Of a DNA stretch of 64,000 nt, positions 18,004-27,305 are shown piece by piece. The notes below the pieces were generated by a model. That model was not told the DNA's origin. It was given only the letters and a program-made list of their open reading frames with translations, and made no database searches. This stretch comes from Candidatus Iainarchaeum sp. (GTDB lineage Archaea > Iainarchaeota > Iainarchaeia > Iainarchaeales > JAAZKV01), in contig JAPLVR010000003.1 in assembly GCA_026397015.1 (NCBI GenBank), forward strand, positions 276,134-340,133, given 5' to 3'. Position 1 is the first letter of the stretch, and each line of letters opens with the position of its first letter. The position numbers were made by a program, and so were the translations under genes.

Positions 18004-19923
18004 ATGGCAAAAATCGTAGGTATAGACCTTGGAACATCGAACAGCGCGGCAGCAGTGCTTGAAGGGGGAAAACCGAAAATAATTCCCTCGGCGGAAGGAA
18101 ACACCGTTTACGGGAAATCATTCCCGAGCTACATTGCTTTTGCAAAAGACGGAAAACTTTTGGTCGGAGAGCCGGCGAGAAGGCAGGCAGTAACAAATCC
18201 GGACAGAACAATTACGAAGGCGAAAAGAAAAATGGGCACCGGCCACAAATACAAAATTGATAACAAGGAATATACGCCGCAGCAGATTTCCGCTTTCCTT
18301 CTTCAGAAAATAAAAAAGGACGCAGAATCTTTTTTAGGCACAACAGTTGAAAAAGCGGTAATTACCGTGCCAGCTTACTTTGACGACAATCAGAGGCAGG
18401 CCACAAAAGATGCGGGAGCAATCGCAGGATTGGAAGTAATAAGAATAATTAACGAGCCAACGGCTGCTTCGCTCGCATACGGTTTGGACAAAAAGGGAAA
18501 AGAATCAAAAATACTTGTTTTCGACCTCGGAGGAGGAACACTCGACGTAACAATAATGGAAATGGGCGACGGAGTTTTCGAAGTAAAATCAACTTCAGGG
18601 GATACGGCGCTCGGCGGAACTGACATGGATGAAATTTTGCTTAAATACGTTGCGGACGAATTCAAAAAAAGTGAGGGCGTCGACATTAGAAAGGATTCAA
18701 TGGCTGTTCAGAGAGTAAGGGAGGCTGTTGAAAAGGCGAAGATAGAGCTTTCAACTGTGCTTGAAACGGACATAAATTTGCCTTACATTACGGCGGATCC
18801 GACCGGCCCGAAGCACTTGGCGATAAAACTGAACAGGGCGAAACTTGAAGAGCTTGTTGAGCCGCTGATAAAGAGATGCGAAAAACCGATAACACAGGCG
18901 TTGGCGGACGCGAAGCTTACAGCAGCAGACATTGACAAAATAATTTTGGTCGGAGGGCCAACGAGAATGCCTTCAGTACAGAAATTAATAAAAAAAGTTG
19001 TCGGAATCGAACCGGAAAGAGGTGTTGACCCGATGGAATGCGTTGCGATGGGCGCGGCGATACAGGCAGGGGTGCTTGTAGGAGAAGTAAAGGATGTGCT
19101 GCTGCTCGATGTAACACCATTGTCTCTTGGAATCGAAACGCTCGGAGGAGTATTCACAAAACTAATCGAAAGAAACACCACAATTCCGACAAAGAAATCG
19201 CAAATATTTTCAACCGCGAGCGATAATCAAAGCGCAGTCGACATAAATGTTTTGCAGGGAGAAAGACCGCTGGCAAGGGACAATAAACCACTTGGAAGAT
19301 TCCAGCTCACTGGACTCTTACCCGCGCCGAGAGGGCTTCCCCAAATAGAAGTAATTTTTGACATTGATGCAAACGGAATAGTTCACGTAACGGCAAAGGA
19401 CAAGGGAACCGGAAAGGAACAGAGCATCAAAATCGTTGCTTCGCAAAAATTAAATGAAGCCGAAATAAACAGAATGAAAAAGGAAGCGGAAGAGCACGCG
19501 TCCGAAGATGTGAAAGCAAAGGAAGAAATCGAAATAATCAACAATGCGGATGCGACAGTTTATTCGGCGGAACAAATGCTGAAAGAAATAAAGGAAAAAA
19601 TCGGCGAAAAAGACAGAAAAGAAATTGAAGAAAAACTGGGCGCATTGAAAGAAGAACTAAAGAAAGAGCAGAAAGATGCGCAAGGCGTAAAAACAAAAAT
19701 GGAGGAACTCACTTCGAAGCTTCAGGAAATCGGCAAAAACTTCTACCAGCAGGCGGGAGGAAGCGGACCGCAGAACGAAAACTGGGAAGGAGGAGGCAAT
19801 CCGGAAAAAGAAGGCGGGGAAAGTGAAAACAGGGGCGAAGAAAATGACAATGTTGTTGACGCCGAATTTGAAGAAAAAGATTCGGACAAAAGCGGAAAGG
19901 ACAAGAATAAAAAAAGAAAGTAA
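18004..19923 (+). CDS. dnaK: Chaperone DnaK (Hsp70)
   Basis: [18 protein letters not shown]..., [17 protein letters not shown] and a full substrate-binding domain. Acidic/Lys-rich C-terminal tail. Confidence 0.97.
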   Translation: MAKIVGIDLGTSNSAAAVLEGGKPKIIPSAEGNTVYGKSFPSYIAFAKDGKLLVGEPARRQAVTNPDRTITKAKRKMGTGHKYKIDNKEYTPQQISAFLLQKIKKDAESFLGTTVEKAVITVPAYFDDNQRQATKDAGAIAGLEVIRIINEPTAASLAYGLDKKGKESKILVFDLGGGTLDVTIMEMGDGVFEVKSTSGDTALGGTDMDEILLKYVADEFKKSEGVDIRKDSMAVQRVREAVEKAKIELSTVLETDINLPYITADPTGPKHLAIKLNRAKLEELVEPLIKRCEKPITQALADAKLTAADIDKIILVGGPTRMPSVQKLIKKVVGIEPERGVDPMECVAMGAAIQAGVLVGEVKDVLLLDVTPLSLGIETLGGVFTKLIERNTTIPTKKSQIFSTASDNQSAVDINVLQGERPLARDNKPLGRFQLTGLLPAPRGLPQIEVIFDIDANGIVHVTAKDKGTGKEQSIKIVASQKLNEAEINRMKKEAEEHASEDVKAKEEIEIINNADATVYSAEQMLKEIKEKIGEKDRKEIEEKLGALKEELKKEQKDAQGVKTKMEELTSKLQEIGKNFYQQAGGSGPQNENWEGGGNPEKEGGESENRGEENDNVVDAEFEEKDSDKSGKDKNKKRK

Positions 19924-20019
19924 TCCAAACACTAACAACCCGAACGACGGAAAAAAAGAAGTTTGGCACGCCGCATAATCATTGGCGCGCGCCCGATTGC
20001 CTGATGCAGAGTTGATTTA

Positions 20020-21141
20020 ATGGAAAAGGATCACTACGAAGTTCTTGGACTGAAAAGGGGTGCCCAGATCGAAGAAGTAAAGAAAGCGTACAAGCGCCTT
20101 GCAAAAAAGTATCATCCCGATGTTTCAACCGACAAGGAGGCTGAAAAAAAATTCAAGGAAATAGCGGAAGCATACTCCGTGCTCTCGGATCCTGAAAAAA
20201 AACAGAACTACGACAATTACGGAAACACTTACAAACAGTTCGAAGGATTCAGCGGATTCGATTTCGGAAAAGGGTTTGACTTTGATTTCGAAAACATATT
20301 CAACCAGTTCGGATTTGAAAATTTTTCTGATTTTGGAAGCGCCTTCGGTTCAACGAACAGGCGGGGAAAAGATTTCGGTTCAAACATAAAAGCCGAAATA
20401 TCGCTCACATTTGAAGAAGCGGCATTCGGCACAACAAAGCAAATAGCCTACAATAAAACTGTCAGGTGCAAAAACTGCGGCGGAAGCGGAGCGGAAGGCG
20501 GCAAATTCAAAACCTGCAAAAACTGCGGCGGAAAAGGATATTCCATAAGGCAATCAAACCAGGGATTTATGGTTTTCCAGTCAAGAAGCGTATGCCATCA
20601 CTGCGGTGGAAGGGGAAAGGCCCCGGAAAAAAATTGTTCTGAATGCAACAGTCACGGTTTTATTAATAAGAGGGTTTCGCTCGAAGTAAAAGTGCCCGCC
20701 GGAATAAATACGGGAAACCATTTGTTCCCGATAAAAGGCGGGGGAAACGAGGGAACGGATGGCGAAGGCGCACTTTTTGTTGTTGTGTTTGTTGAGCCGC
20801 ACGAAATATTCAAGAGGGACGACGCCGACATTTACACGGAAATTCCTATTTCCTTTACCGAAGCGGCGCTGGGTTCAACAGTTGAAGTACCGACTTTGAA
20901 AGGAAAAGCGGATTTAAAAGTGCCCGCGGGAACTCAAACAGGCACAATATTCAGGATGAAAGAAAAAGGGGTAAAACACCTGAACCAAGAAGGATTCGGG
21001 GACGAATATGTTAAATTAATTATAGAGACTCCTAAAAAAATAAGTGAAAAACAGAGGAAACTTCTCGAGGAACTGGAAAAAGAAGCGCAGCTGGCAAAAA
21101 AAAGAAAAAACTTTTTTTCAAAAATAATAGAAAAATTTTGA
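20020..21141 (+). CDS. dnaJ: Co-chaperone DnaJ (type I)
   Basis: J domain with HPD (KKYHPDVS), a G/F-rich linker, and four CxxCxGxG-type motifs ([32 protein letters not shown]). Confidence 0.95.
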   Translation: MEKDHYEVLGLKRGAQIEEVKKAYKRLAKKYHPDVSTDKEAEKKFKEIAEAYSVLSDPEKKQNYDNYGNTYKQFEGFSGFDFGKGFDFDFENIFNQFGFENFSDFGSAFGSTNRRGKDFGSNIKAEISLTFEEAAFGTTKQIAYNKTVRCKNCGGSGAEGGKFKTCKNCGGKGYSIRQSNQGFMVFQSRSVCHHCGGRGKAPEKNCSECNSHGFINKRVSLEVKVPAGINTGNHLFPIKGGGNEGTDGEGALFVVVFVEPHEIFKRDDADIYTEIPISFTEAALGSTVEVPTLKGKADLKVPAGTQTGTIFRMKEKGVKHLNQEGFGDEYVKLIIETPKKISEKQRKLLEELEKEAQLAKKRKNFFSKIIEKF

Positions 21142-21201
21142 TGCACCGGCAAAAAGAAAAGAATTTAATACACTATAGCGCACCTATATATCTGATTCGC
21201 G

Positions 21202-21768
21202 ATGGCAAAACTTGCTTATGAGAGAAAAAACGGTTTCTTCGTGCTCGCAATTTTTTTCGTGGTAGCAGTTGTGTCCATTTACATTCTGATGGGGCACCCC
21301 TCGTTTGGAGGAAGCTCCTTAACACAGGTTGATGATGCCACAGCTTTGAAAGAGCTTGCGGCAACCATTGCAAAACACGGAGTGGAAAACGGCTTCATCC
21401 CTATTTCAGTAAAAATGGAGGGTTACATAAACGATCTCTCAATTCTGAGGGGAAGAACTGGAAACGGGAGCGCTTCAGCCATAATTGATGCCGAACTTTC
21501 TTCGGCAAATAGCCATTATTATTTGACAAGAGCGCTTGAGGAATTAAATCTCATAGACAGGGCAAAACCGAACTGCGGCGGCGCCGAAATAAAAGAAATA
21601 ATTTTGTTCTGCGATTCCTCGATAAGAGAGGCGAATGCAGCGGTTGCAAAAATAAATTCTCTCAACGGGGAAGACAAGGAAAAGATAAGGGAAAACGGGC
21701 TTGAAATTGCGCAGTCCAACATTGAACTGGCCGAAGAAGTGAAGGCGCAAGTAAACAAAATCTGCTAA
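21202..21768 (+). CDS. Hypothetical N-terminally anchored protein
   Basis: 188 aa with one N-terminal TM (FFVLAIFFVVAVVSIYILM), then a helical soluble part. No family recognised. Confidence 0.5.
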   Translation: MAKLAYERKNGFFVLAIFFVVAVVSIYILMGHPSFGGSSLTQVDDATALKELAATIAKHGVENGFIPISVKMEGYINDLSILRGRTGNGSASAIIDAELSSANSHYYLTRALEELNLIDRAKPNCGGAEIKEIILFCDSSIREANAAVAKINSLNGEDKEKIRENGLEIAQSNIELAEEVKAQVNKIC

Positions 21769-21824
21769 AAGTTTTTCTAACCGGCTCGTTTGGAGGGGAC
21801 CTGAAAAGCGCCGAAATAATTCTT

Positions 21825-22466
21825 ATGCAAAAAAAATCTGGCGAAAAAAAACGCCGCGAAGAAAAAAAATTCCGCAAAATCGGCGCGGAAGCTGTGCTGA
21901 CGGAAAAAATTTTCATGGGAAAAAAGGCTGTTTCAAAGAGGCGACTGAAGAAAAAATATAGAAACGGGGCGCTCGATTCGGCGATAAGAAAAAAAAGAAC
22001 GAGGGCGGAAGCGAAACTGATAAGGGCGGGCGCGCCGATTGTGAGAGTTCCTTCCATATTCAATGTTGATGAGGCGGACGCGGAAATATTGATGGAATTC
22101 ATCGAAGGGAAAAGACTGAAAGAAGTTGTTGAGAAGAGAGGAAGCCTTTGCACCCTCGCAGGAAAAGAAATAAGAAAACTCCATGACTGCGGAATAATAC
22201 ACGGCGACCTCACCACTTCGAACATAATTGTGGTTGCCGGGGCAAAGGGCGGGAAAAACGGATTGTGCTTAGTCGATTTCGGCTTGGGTTTCTTCTCAAA
22301 CAAAATCGAGGACAAGGCAACCGACTTGATTGTGTTCAAAAAAACGTTTAACGCGACGCACTCAGGACTGAGAGACGGCTGGGCGCTTGTGATGAAGGGT
22401 TACGCGCCGAACGAAGAAATGAACTCAAAGATGAACGCGATTGAAAAAAGGGCGCGTTATCATTGA
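21825..22466 (+). CDS. bud32: Bud32/PRPK atypical kinase (KEOPS subunit)
   Basis: IGAEAVL...KRRLKKKYRNGALDSAIRKKRTRAEAKLI...ILMEFIEGKRL...IIHGDLTTSNIIV...LVDFGL. Confidence 0.8.
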   Translation: MQKKSGEKKRREEKKFRKIGAEAVLTEKIFMGKKAVSKRRLKKKYRNGALDSAIRKKRTRAEAKLIRAGAPIVRVPSIFNVDEADAEILMEFIEGKRLKEVVEKRGSLCTLAGKEIRKLHDCGIIHGDLTTSNIIVVAGAKGGKNGLCLVDFGLGFFSNKIEDKATDLIVFKKTFNATHSGLRDGWALVMKGYAPNEEMNSKMNAIEKRARYH

Positions 22467-22579
22467 CTGCCTCGCCGCTTCCCGATTAGCTTTTTAAAGG
22501 TTCCTTTAGTTAGAGTATTAAGCATAATTTTGTTGTTCTTTTCCAAGCCCCGAGGGTTGGAAAGGTTAAATTAAAAAAA

Positions 22580-23098
22580 GTGGTAATTGTGAAGAAGAAA
22601 AGCGGAAGCGCCGAAGAGGAAACGAAGGCAGCAGTTGCCGCCGAAGAGAAAGAGGAAAAAGAGCCGGTGCCCGTGAAGGCGAAGAAAAAGGTTTCTTCAA
22701 AAAAGAAAGTTGTGCAGGTTTCGGTTTCGCCGAAAGAAGCCGAAGAAATTGTTGTTTCTCTTTCGAACGCCGGGCACTCGCCGAGCGAGATAGGGCTCAT
22801 TCTAAGGGATGAACACGGCGTAAAAAATTTTTATGTTCATACCGGGAAAAGAATACAAAAAGTGATGGCGGAACACAAACTGGTAGGAGAAGTTCCTGAA
22901 GACATGTTGAATTTGATAAAAAAAAGCGTTGCCCTGCAGAATCACCTGGCAAAAAATAAAAAAGATTTTTCGGCAAAGCGCGGATATGAGATAACGGTTT
23001 CAAAAATAAGAAGACTTGCCGCTTACTATTCAAAGAAAGGAAGGATTGCAAAGGACTGGAAGTATGATGCGGAAAGCACAGCATTACTGGTAAAGTAA
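22580..23098 (+). CDS. rps15: 30S ribosomal protein uS15 with a Lys/Glu-rich N-terminal extension (GTG start)
   Basis: LSNAGHSPSEIGLILRDEHGV...VPEDMLNLIKKSVALQNHLAKNKKDFSAKRGYEITVSKIRRLAAYY. Confidence 0.85.
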   Translation: MVIVKKKSGSAEEETKAAVAAEEKEEKEPVPVKAKKKVSSKKKVVQVSVSPKEAEEIVVSLSNAGHSPSEIGLILRDEHGVKNFYVHTGKRIQKVMAEHKLVGEVPEDMLNLIKKSVALQNHLAKNKKDFSAKRGYEITVSKIRRLAAYYSKKGRIAKDWKYDAESTALLVK

Positions 23099-23126
23099 AT
23101 GAGGAATTTTATTTTGAGTGGTTTTT

Positions 23127-23723
23127 ATGGTTGAAGAAAAAAAATCAAAGGGCGCACACAAGAGCGTTGACAAGTGGAAGAAGAAAAAATGGTTCATTTT
23201 GAACGCTCCAAAGGTGTTTGATGGCAGGGTTCTTGGAAGCTGCCCTGCGGAAAAGCCGAAGAATATTATGGGCAGGACAATAAAGGTAACGCTCGATGTG
23301 ATAACCGGGCAAAGGGCCATGAGGGATGTTGCAACTTATTTCAAGGTAGTGGATGTTCAGGGGCAGAATGCAAACACCAAAATTTCCTGCTTTGAAACAA
23401 ACAGGGGTTACCTAATGAGAACAATAAGGAGAAGGGCGAGCAAAATCGCGCTGATTGAAAAAATTCCTGTTAAGGGCGGGGATGCGAGGGTAACGATTGT
23501 GGCAGTAAGCGACAGGAAATGCACAAAGGGTCAAAAGACCGGCGTGAGAAAAGTAATTTCTGAGGAATTGAAAGTTATAAGCGGAAAAGAAAATGAATTC
23601 GATGATGTCGCAAAGGAACTTTTGTTCGGAAAGTTCAACAATGCTGTTTTCAAGAGGGCAAAAAATATTTGCGCCATGAAAAAGGTAATAGCAGCAAAAG
23701 CCACATTCATTGAGGCAAAATAA
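23127..23723 (+). CDS. rps3ae: 30S ribosomal protein eS1 (S3Ae)
   Basis: KSVDKWKKKKWFILNAPKVFDGRVLG...GRTIKVTLDVITG. ATG 23127; the track start is GTG 23118. Confidence 0.9.
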   Translation: MVEEKKSKGAHKSVDKWKKKKWFILNAPKVFDGRVLGSCPAEKPKNIMGRTIKVTLDVITGQRAMRDVATYFKVVDVQGQNANTKISCFETNRGYLMRTIRRRASKIALIEKIPVKGGDARVTIVAVSDRKCTKGQKTGVRKVISEELKVISGKENEFDDVAKELLFGKFNNAVFKRAKNICAMKKVIAAKATFIEAK

Positions 23724-24421
23724 TGGTTTCTTTGGAAGAAATGCTGGTAGTCCTCGCCCTTCTTTTGGCATTCTCAATTTTTTCTTACAAAAAAAAGCTC
23801 CTCGACACCGACGGAATATTAATTGCAAACGCAATCGGAATAGCGGCAATGCTTTCCGGCCCGAACAGGCTGGCGAATTTTTTTGTTGTAGTAATTTTCT
23901 TTCTGATTGCGGAACTGGCAAGCAACTTTCCGCTAAAAAAGCACGAAACCCGCGGAATAAGAAATATTGTTGGCAACGCTCTTCCGGCGCTCATAATGCT
24001 CTTCATGACAAAGATTTTTCCGCAGAACCCGCTCGCCTTTGAACTTGCTTTTTTTGGAGCGGTTTCGGCTGCGCTTGCTGATACTCTCGCATCCGAAGTC
24101 GGTTATTATTCAAAAAAGGACCCGGTAATGATAACCACTTTTAAAAAAGTAAAACCAGGCATTGACGGCGGGATAACGGTGCTCGGCGAATCCGCCGCAT
24201 TTGCAGGAGGGCTTTCAATCGCAATGATTCATTTTTTTCTCTACAGAAACATTTTCATGTTTTTTGTGATAATACTTGCAGGAATATTTGGGACAAATAT
24301 TGACTCGCTTTTCGGGGCGACATACGAAAGAAAAAAAATCATAGGAAATACCACTGTAAATTTCATCGGAAGCCTTTCGGGCGCGCTGCTTGCCCTCGGA
24401 TTCGGGCTGGCGCTGCTTTAA
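23723..24421 (+). CDS. DUF92/TMEM19-family integral membrane protein (the family of plant VTE6 phytyl-phosphate kinase)
   Basis: 232 aa, multi-TM. SYKKKLLDTDGILIANAIG...ALADTLASEVG...GGITVLG...GTNIDSLFGATYE follows the DUF92 pattern as I recall it. TAATG overlap with eS1. Confidence 0.6.
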   Translation: MVSLEEMLVVLALLLAFSIFSYKKKLLDTDGILIANAIGIAAMLSGPNRLANFFVVVIFFLIAELASNFPLKKHETRGIRNIVGNALPALIMLFMTKIFPQNPLAFELAFFGAVSAALADTLASEVGYYSKKDPVMITTFKKVKPGIDGGITVLGESAAFAGGLSIAMIHFFLYRNIFMFFVIILAGIFGTNIDSLFGATYERKKIIGNTTVNFIGSLSGALLALGFGLALL

Positions 24422-24497
24422 AATATGTGCGATTTCAAAACCCTGCAAAAGCTTTTATCCCCTCTCAACAAAGTATCTTTGAATTGAGTTGATTTTT

Positions 24498-25025
24498 ATG
24501 GAAAATGAAATCTTAAAAATCGCAATTTTGATAGCCGCATATGCCGTGCCGATGTACTTTGCAAATGCAGCGCCCCTGCTTTTTTTCAATTACCATTCAA
24601 AAATTCCCCTTGATTTTGGAAAAAAAATCGGGAAGGAAAGAATTTTTGGAAAGGGAAAAACCTGGCTTGGAACGGAAATAGGAATACTTTCCGGTTTAGC
24701 TGCCGCATGTATTTTTGGTTTTGCACTGCCTGCTGTGTATGAAATAATCCCTAATTATTTTGCCGTTTCGGCGCTGCTTGCAATAGGGGCAGTGCTTGGC
24801 GACATCGCCAAAAGCTTTTTGAAAAGAAGAATAGGGATAGAAAGCGGGGAAATGTGGATTTTTGCTGACCAGCTGGATTTTATTGCGGGTGGCTTTTTAC
24901 TGAGCGCGGTCATAAGGGTTCCAGAAATAACGGTCATATCGATAATTGTGGTTGCGACCGTTTTCATCCACATAATAACAAATTTTGCCGCGTTTAAAAT
25001 GAGAATAAAGAAGGTGCCGTGGTGA
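24498..25025 (+). CDS. carS: CDP-archaeol synthase (CarS, DUF46 family)
   Basis: 175 aa, 5 TM. PLDFGKKIGKERIFGKGKTWLGT and LGDIAKSFLKRRIGIESGEMWIFADQLDF are the CarS signature blocks. Confidence 0.75.
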   Translation: MENEILKIAILIAAYAVPMYFANAAPLLFFNYHSKIPLDFGKKIGKERIFGKGKTWLGTEIGILSGLAAACIFGFALPAVYEIIPNYFAVSALLAIGAVLGDIAKSFLKRRIGIESGEMWIFADQLDFIAGGFLLSAVIRVPEITVISIIVVATVFIHIITNFAAFKMRIKKVPW

Positions 25026-25603
25026 AAAAAAAGAAACAAACAAAAAAAAGAACGAAAACTTTCAAAACCGGGCGTTCGAAAGGAACCGCAAAAAAAACAA
25101 TAAAAAAGGCGCAAAAATCTGAAAAGGAATCGTTTAAAATCGCGGTCTTTCTGGCAAAGTTTTTTTTGCTGTTTGCCTTTTTCAGCTATGCGATTGAAAA
25201 AATTAATCTTTCAGCCCTGAACACGTACATTGCGGGCATTACTGCGGCAATCGCGGCGCTTCCTTTTTCAGGAAATGAAATAATTATTCCAAACGGCGAA
25301 AAATTTATTATAACAAATCTTTGCACGGGGCTTTTGAGCGGAAGCATACTATTCTCAATAATTTTCTCGTTAAAGAGGCCTGCAATGAAGAAAAAAATAA
25401 TTACTTTTCTCGCCGGACTGGCGGTTTTGTTGCTGGCAAACATTCCGCGCATTTCAATAGTTTTGGTTGCGGCAAAAAGCGGCTTTGACGCCGAACTTGT
25501 GCACACGACCTCATGGTTTTTAATGAGCGGGTTGGTGGTGCTGCTCTGGTACTACGGCACGAAAAAAATCGCGGGAATAAAAAATTTCAACGAGTTGATT
25601 TAA
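25019..25603 (+). CDS. Small exosortase/archaeosortase-family protein with a poly-Lys N-terminal extension (GTG start)
   Basis: Family layout with Cys/Arg/His candidates in the expected order and TM context: FIITNLCTGLLSGS (Cys), LLLANIPRISIVLV (Arg), FDAELVHTTSW (His). Overlaps the carS stop by 7 nt. Confidence 0.55.
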   Translation: MVKKKKQTKKRTKTFKTGRSKGTAKKTIKKAQKSEKESFKIAVFLAKFFLLFAFFSYAIEKINLSALNTYIAGITAAIAALPFSGNEIIIPNGEKFIITNLCTGLLSGSILFSIIFSLKRPAMKKKIITFLAGLAVLLLANIPRISIVLVAAKSGFDAELVHTTSWFLMSGLVVLLWYYGTKKIAGIKNFNELI

Positions 25604-25652
25604 GGAATTTTTGCGAATTTTGCATCGGCAAATCAAAATCTAAAATAATTTT

Positions 25653-27305
25653 TTAAGAAGACTCTTTTTTCTCTTTCATGGTTACTACTTTTTCCACTAT
25701 CTTCGTAAATGCTGGTCTTGTAAAAAGGACTCCCGCTACCGAACCAAATATTGCGATGATTGCAAAACCGTAGAGTTTTTCCATGCCCGGAAAACTTCTT
25801 GATAACAGCACTATTGGGCCCATAACACCGACTATTGTAATTGTTGAAGTTGTTATTATGAAGAGGGCGCTTTTTACCCTCTGAAGGGTTGACTCCTGCA
25901 CAACTTCCGACTTTCTGGTTATTTCATCTGTTATTACAACTTCTGAGTTCACGCCCGAACCGAGCGCCGCAATAAGCCCCGCAAACGCCGCCAAATCAAG
26001 TGGGTTTCTTGTGAGGGCAAGAAAACCAAAAAGTATAATTGTTTCGGCAACAACCGTTGCAAAAATTGGAATGGCGAGCAAAATTGTTTTATATCTCAAA
26101 ACTATGAACGCCGCAACAGCTACCAGTGCGATCACTCCCATCAAAAACAACTCATTCAAAAAAGACGCTCCGAGCGAAGGAGAAATCGTTTCCCTTGAAA
26201 TACTTTTTACCGGCGTAGGAAGGGAACCGGATTCCAAAAGAATAGTAAGTTCTTCAAGGTCCGTTTTTGCGACTTCCGCACTTGACCTTGTGCCTGTTAT
26301 TACAAGAGTCGTGAACATTTCCGCCTTTGAAATGTCGGAAACGTCTTCATTCGTTACGTTTTCAGTAAGGGAAATAACTTGTTTTGCTTTTGTAACTGAC
26401 CAGAGCCATGGAACATCTTTTTTAATTTCCTCTTTTGTAACATTAAACCCTTTTGCCTTGAGGGCATTTACAACATTGTCGCCGATGCCGGGCGAAACGA
26501 TTGCATCGCTGGTTTTCAATAATGCAAAACTTAAAATATTTTCATCCAATCCGATTGATGCACCAGAGTTTGAATCTGATGGATTGCTGTAAATAATCAA
26601 AGGAAGCTGCGCGTTTTCAACAAGGGTCTTTATGTCAGTTCCCTGAGAGATGTCCGCAAAAGAATTTCCCACATTAAGGGATTCCGAATCCACGTCGTAC
26701 TGCTCCTCGCTTATCACCAAAAGCGCGTTGGGCTTGTCAAGGAAGAAATAAGTTTTTGCACATTCATATACGGGCTTTCCGTTGGTTCCGATTGAAGAAA
26801 CATCGCATTGGTGGAATGTTTTTTCCATGAAGCGCTTGGCGGCTGTTTCGCTCAAAACAAAGGGCATTCTCCAGCCTACTGCCTTGCCGCCCGCGGAATA
26901 AATTCCATATGTGGTCGAACCGCGCAAAACACTTTTTATTTCATCACCGGTAAAAATCGTTTCGCCGTTGAGCGTCGCTTCAAAGCGCCCCTGCTGCCTT
27001 ATGCGCGCCTCTATTTTTTCAAGCTCAATCTGGTCGGTTTCAGTAGTTTGTATCAGTATAAATTGCCCGCCGACCGGAGAAACAGAATCTCCGCGAAGAC
27101 CGCCAGGATCCATACGTTGGGAAATTATGTTCGCTACTCTTGCTATTTCTTCGGAAGAAATTTGATTGGCGAGCTCGACCTGGTAAAGGGTCCCACCCTT
27201 GAAATCGATTCCAAGCCTTATCCCAAAAATCGCAATAAATATTATTGAAATAAGAACAACCCCGATTACAAGGGCATATCTCCAATATTTTAACACGGGA
27301 TTCAA
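25653..27305 (-). CDS. secD: Protein-export membrane protein SecD
   Basis: 550 aa. N-terminal TM, a large periplasmic-type domain, and a C-terminal 5-TM bundle (LGASFLNELFLMGVIALV...AGLIAALGSGVNSEVVITDE). Confidence 0.85.
   Translation of the reverse strand: MNPVLKYWRYALVIGVVLISIIFIAIFGIRLGIDFKGGTLYQVELANQISSEEIARVANIISQRMDPGGLRGDSVSPVGGQFILIQTTETDQIELEKIEARIRQQGRFEATLNGETIFTGDEIKSVLRGSTTYGIYSAGGKAVGWRMPFVLSETAAKRFMEKTFHQCDVSSIGTNGKPVYECAKTYFFLDKPNALLVISEEQYDVDSESLNVGNSFADISQGTDIKTLVENAQLPLIIYSNPSDSNSGASIGLDENILSFALLKTSDAIVSPGIGDNVVNALKAKGFNVTKEEIKKDVPWLWSVTKAKQVISLTENVTNEDVSDISKAEMFTTLVITGTRSSAEVAKTDLEELTILLESGSLPTPVKSISRETISPSLGASFLNELFLMGVIALVAVAAFIVLRYKTILLAIPIFATVVAETIILFGFLALTRNPLDLAAFAGLIAALGSGVNSEVVITDEITRKSEVVQESTLQRVKSALFIITTSTITIVGVMGPIVLLSRSFPGMEKLYGFAIIAIFGSVAGVLFTRPAFTKIVEKVVTMKEKKESS

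Noticed and set aside
24487-24500. Recurrent 12-mer TTGATTTTTATG at start codons: carS (24489), aCPSF1 (57228) and the pilin-like propeller gene (minus strand, ending at 53844). Close variants occur at eS1 (GGTTTTTATG), the DUF1566 gene (TGATTTTTATG) and dnaJ (TTGATTTAATG).
   Set aside because: It looked like a novel start-associated motif. It is best explained as a weak version of this genome's Shine-Dalgarno (GGTGAT, complementary to the 16S 3' end) followed by the usual 4-5 nt T/A spacer. Strong-SD genes show GGAGGTG / AGGTGA at the same distance. Worth a genome-wide logo, but not treated as a new element.
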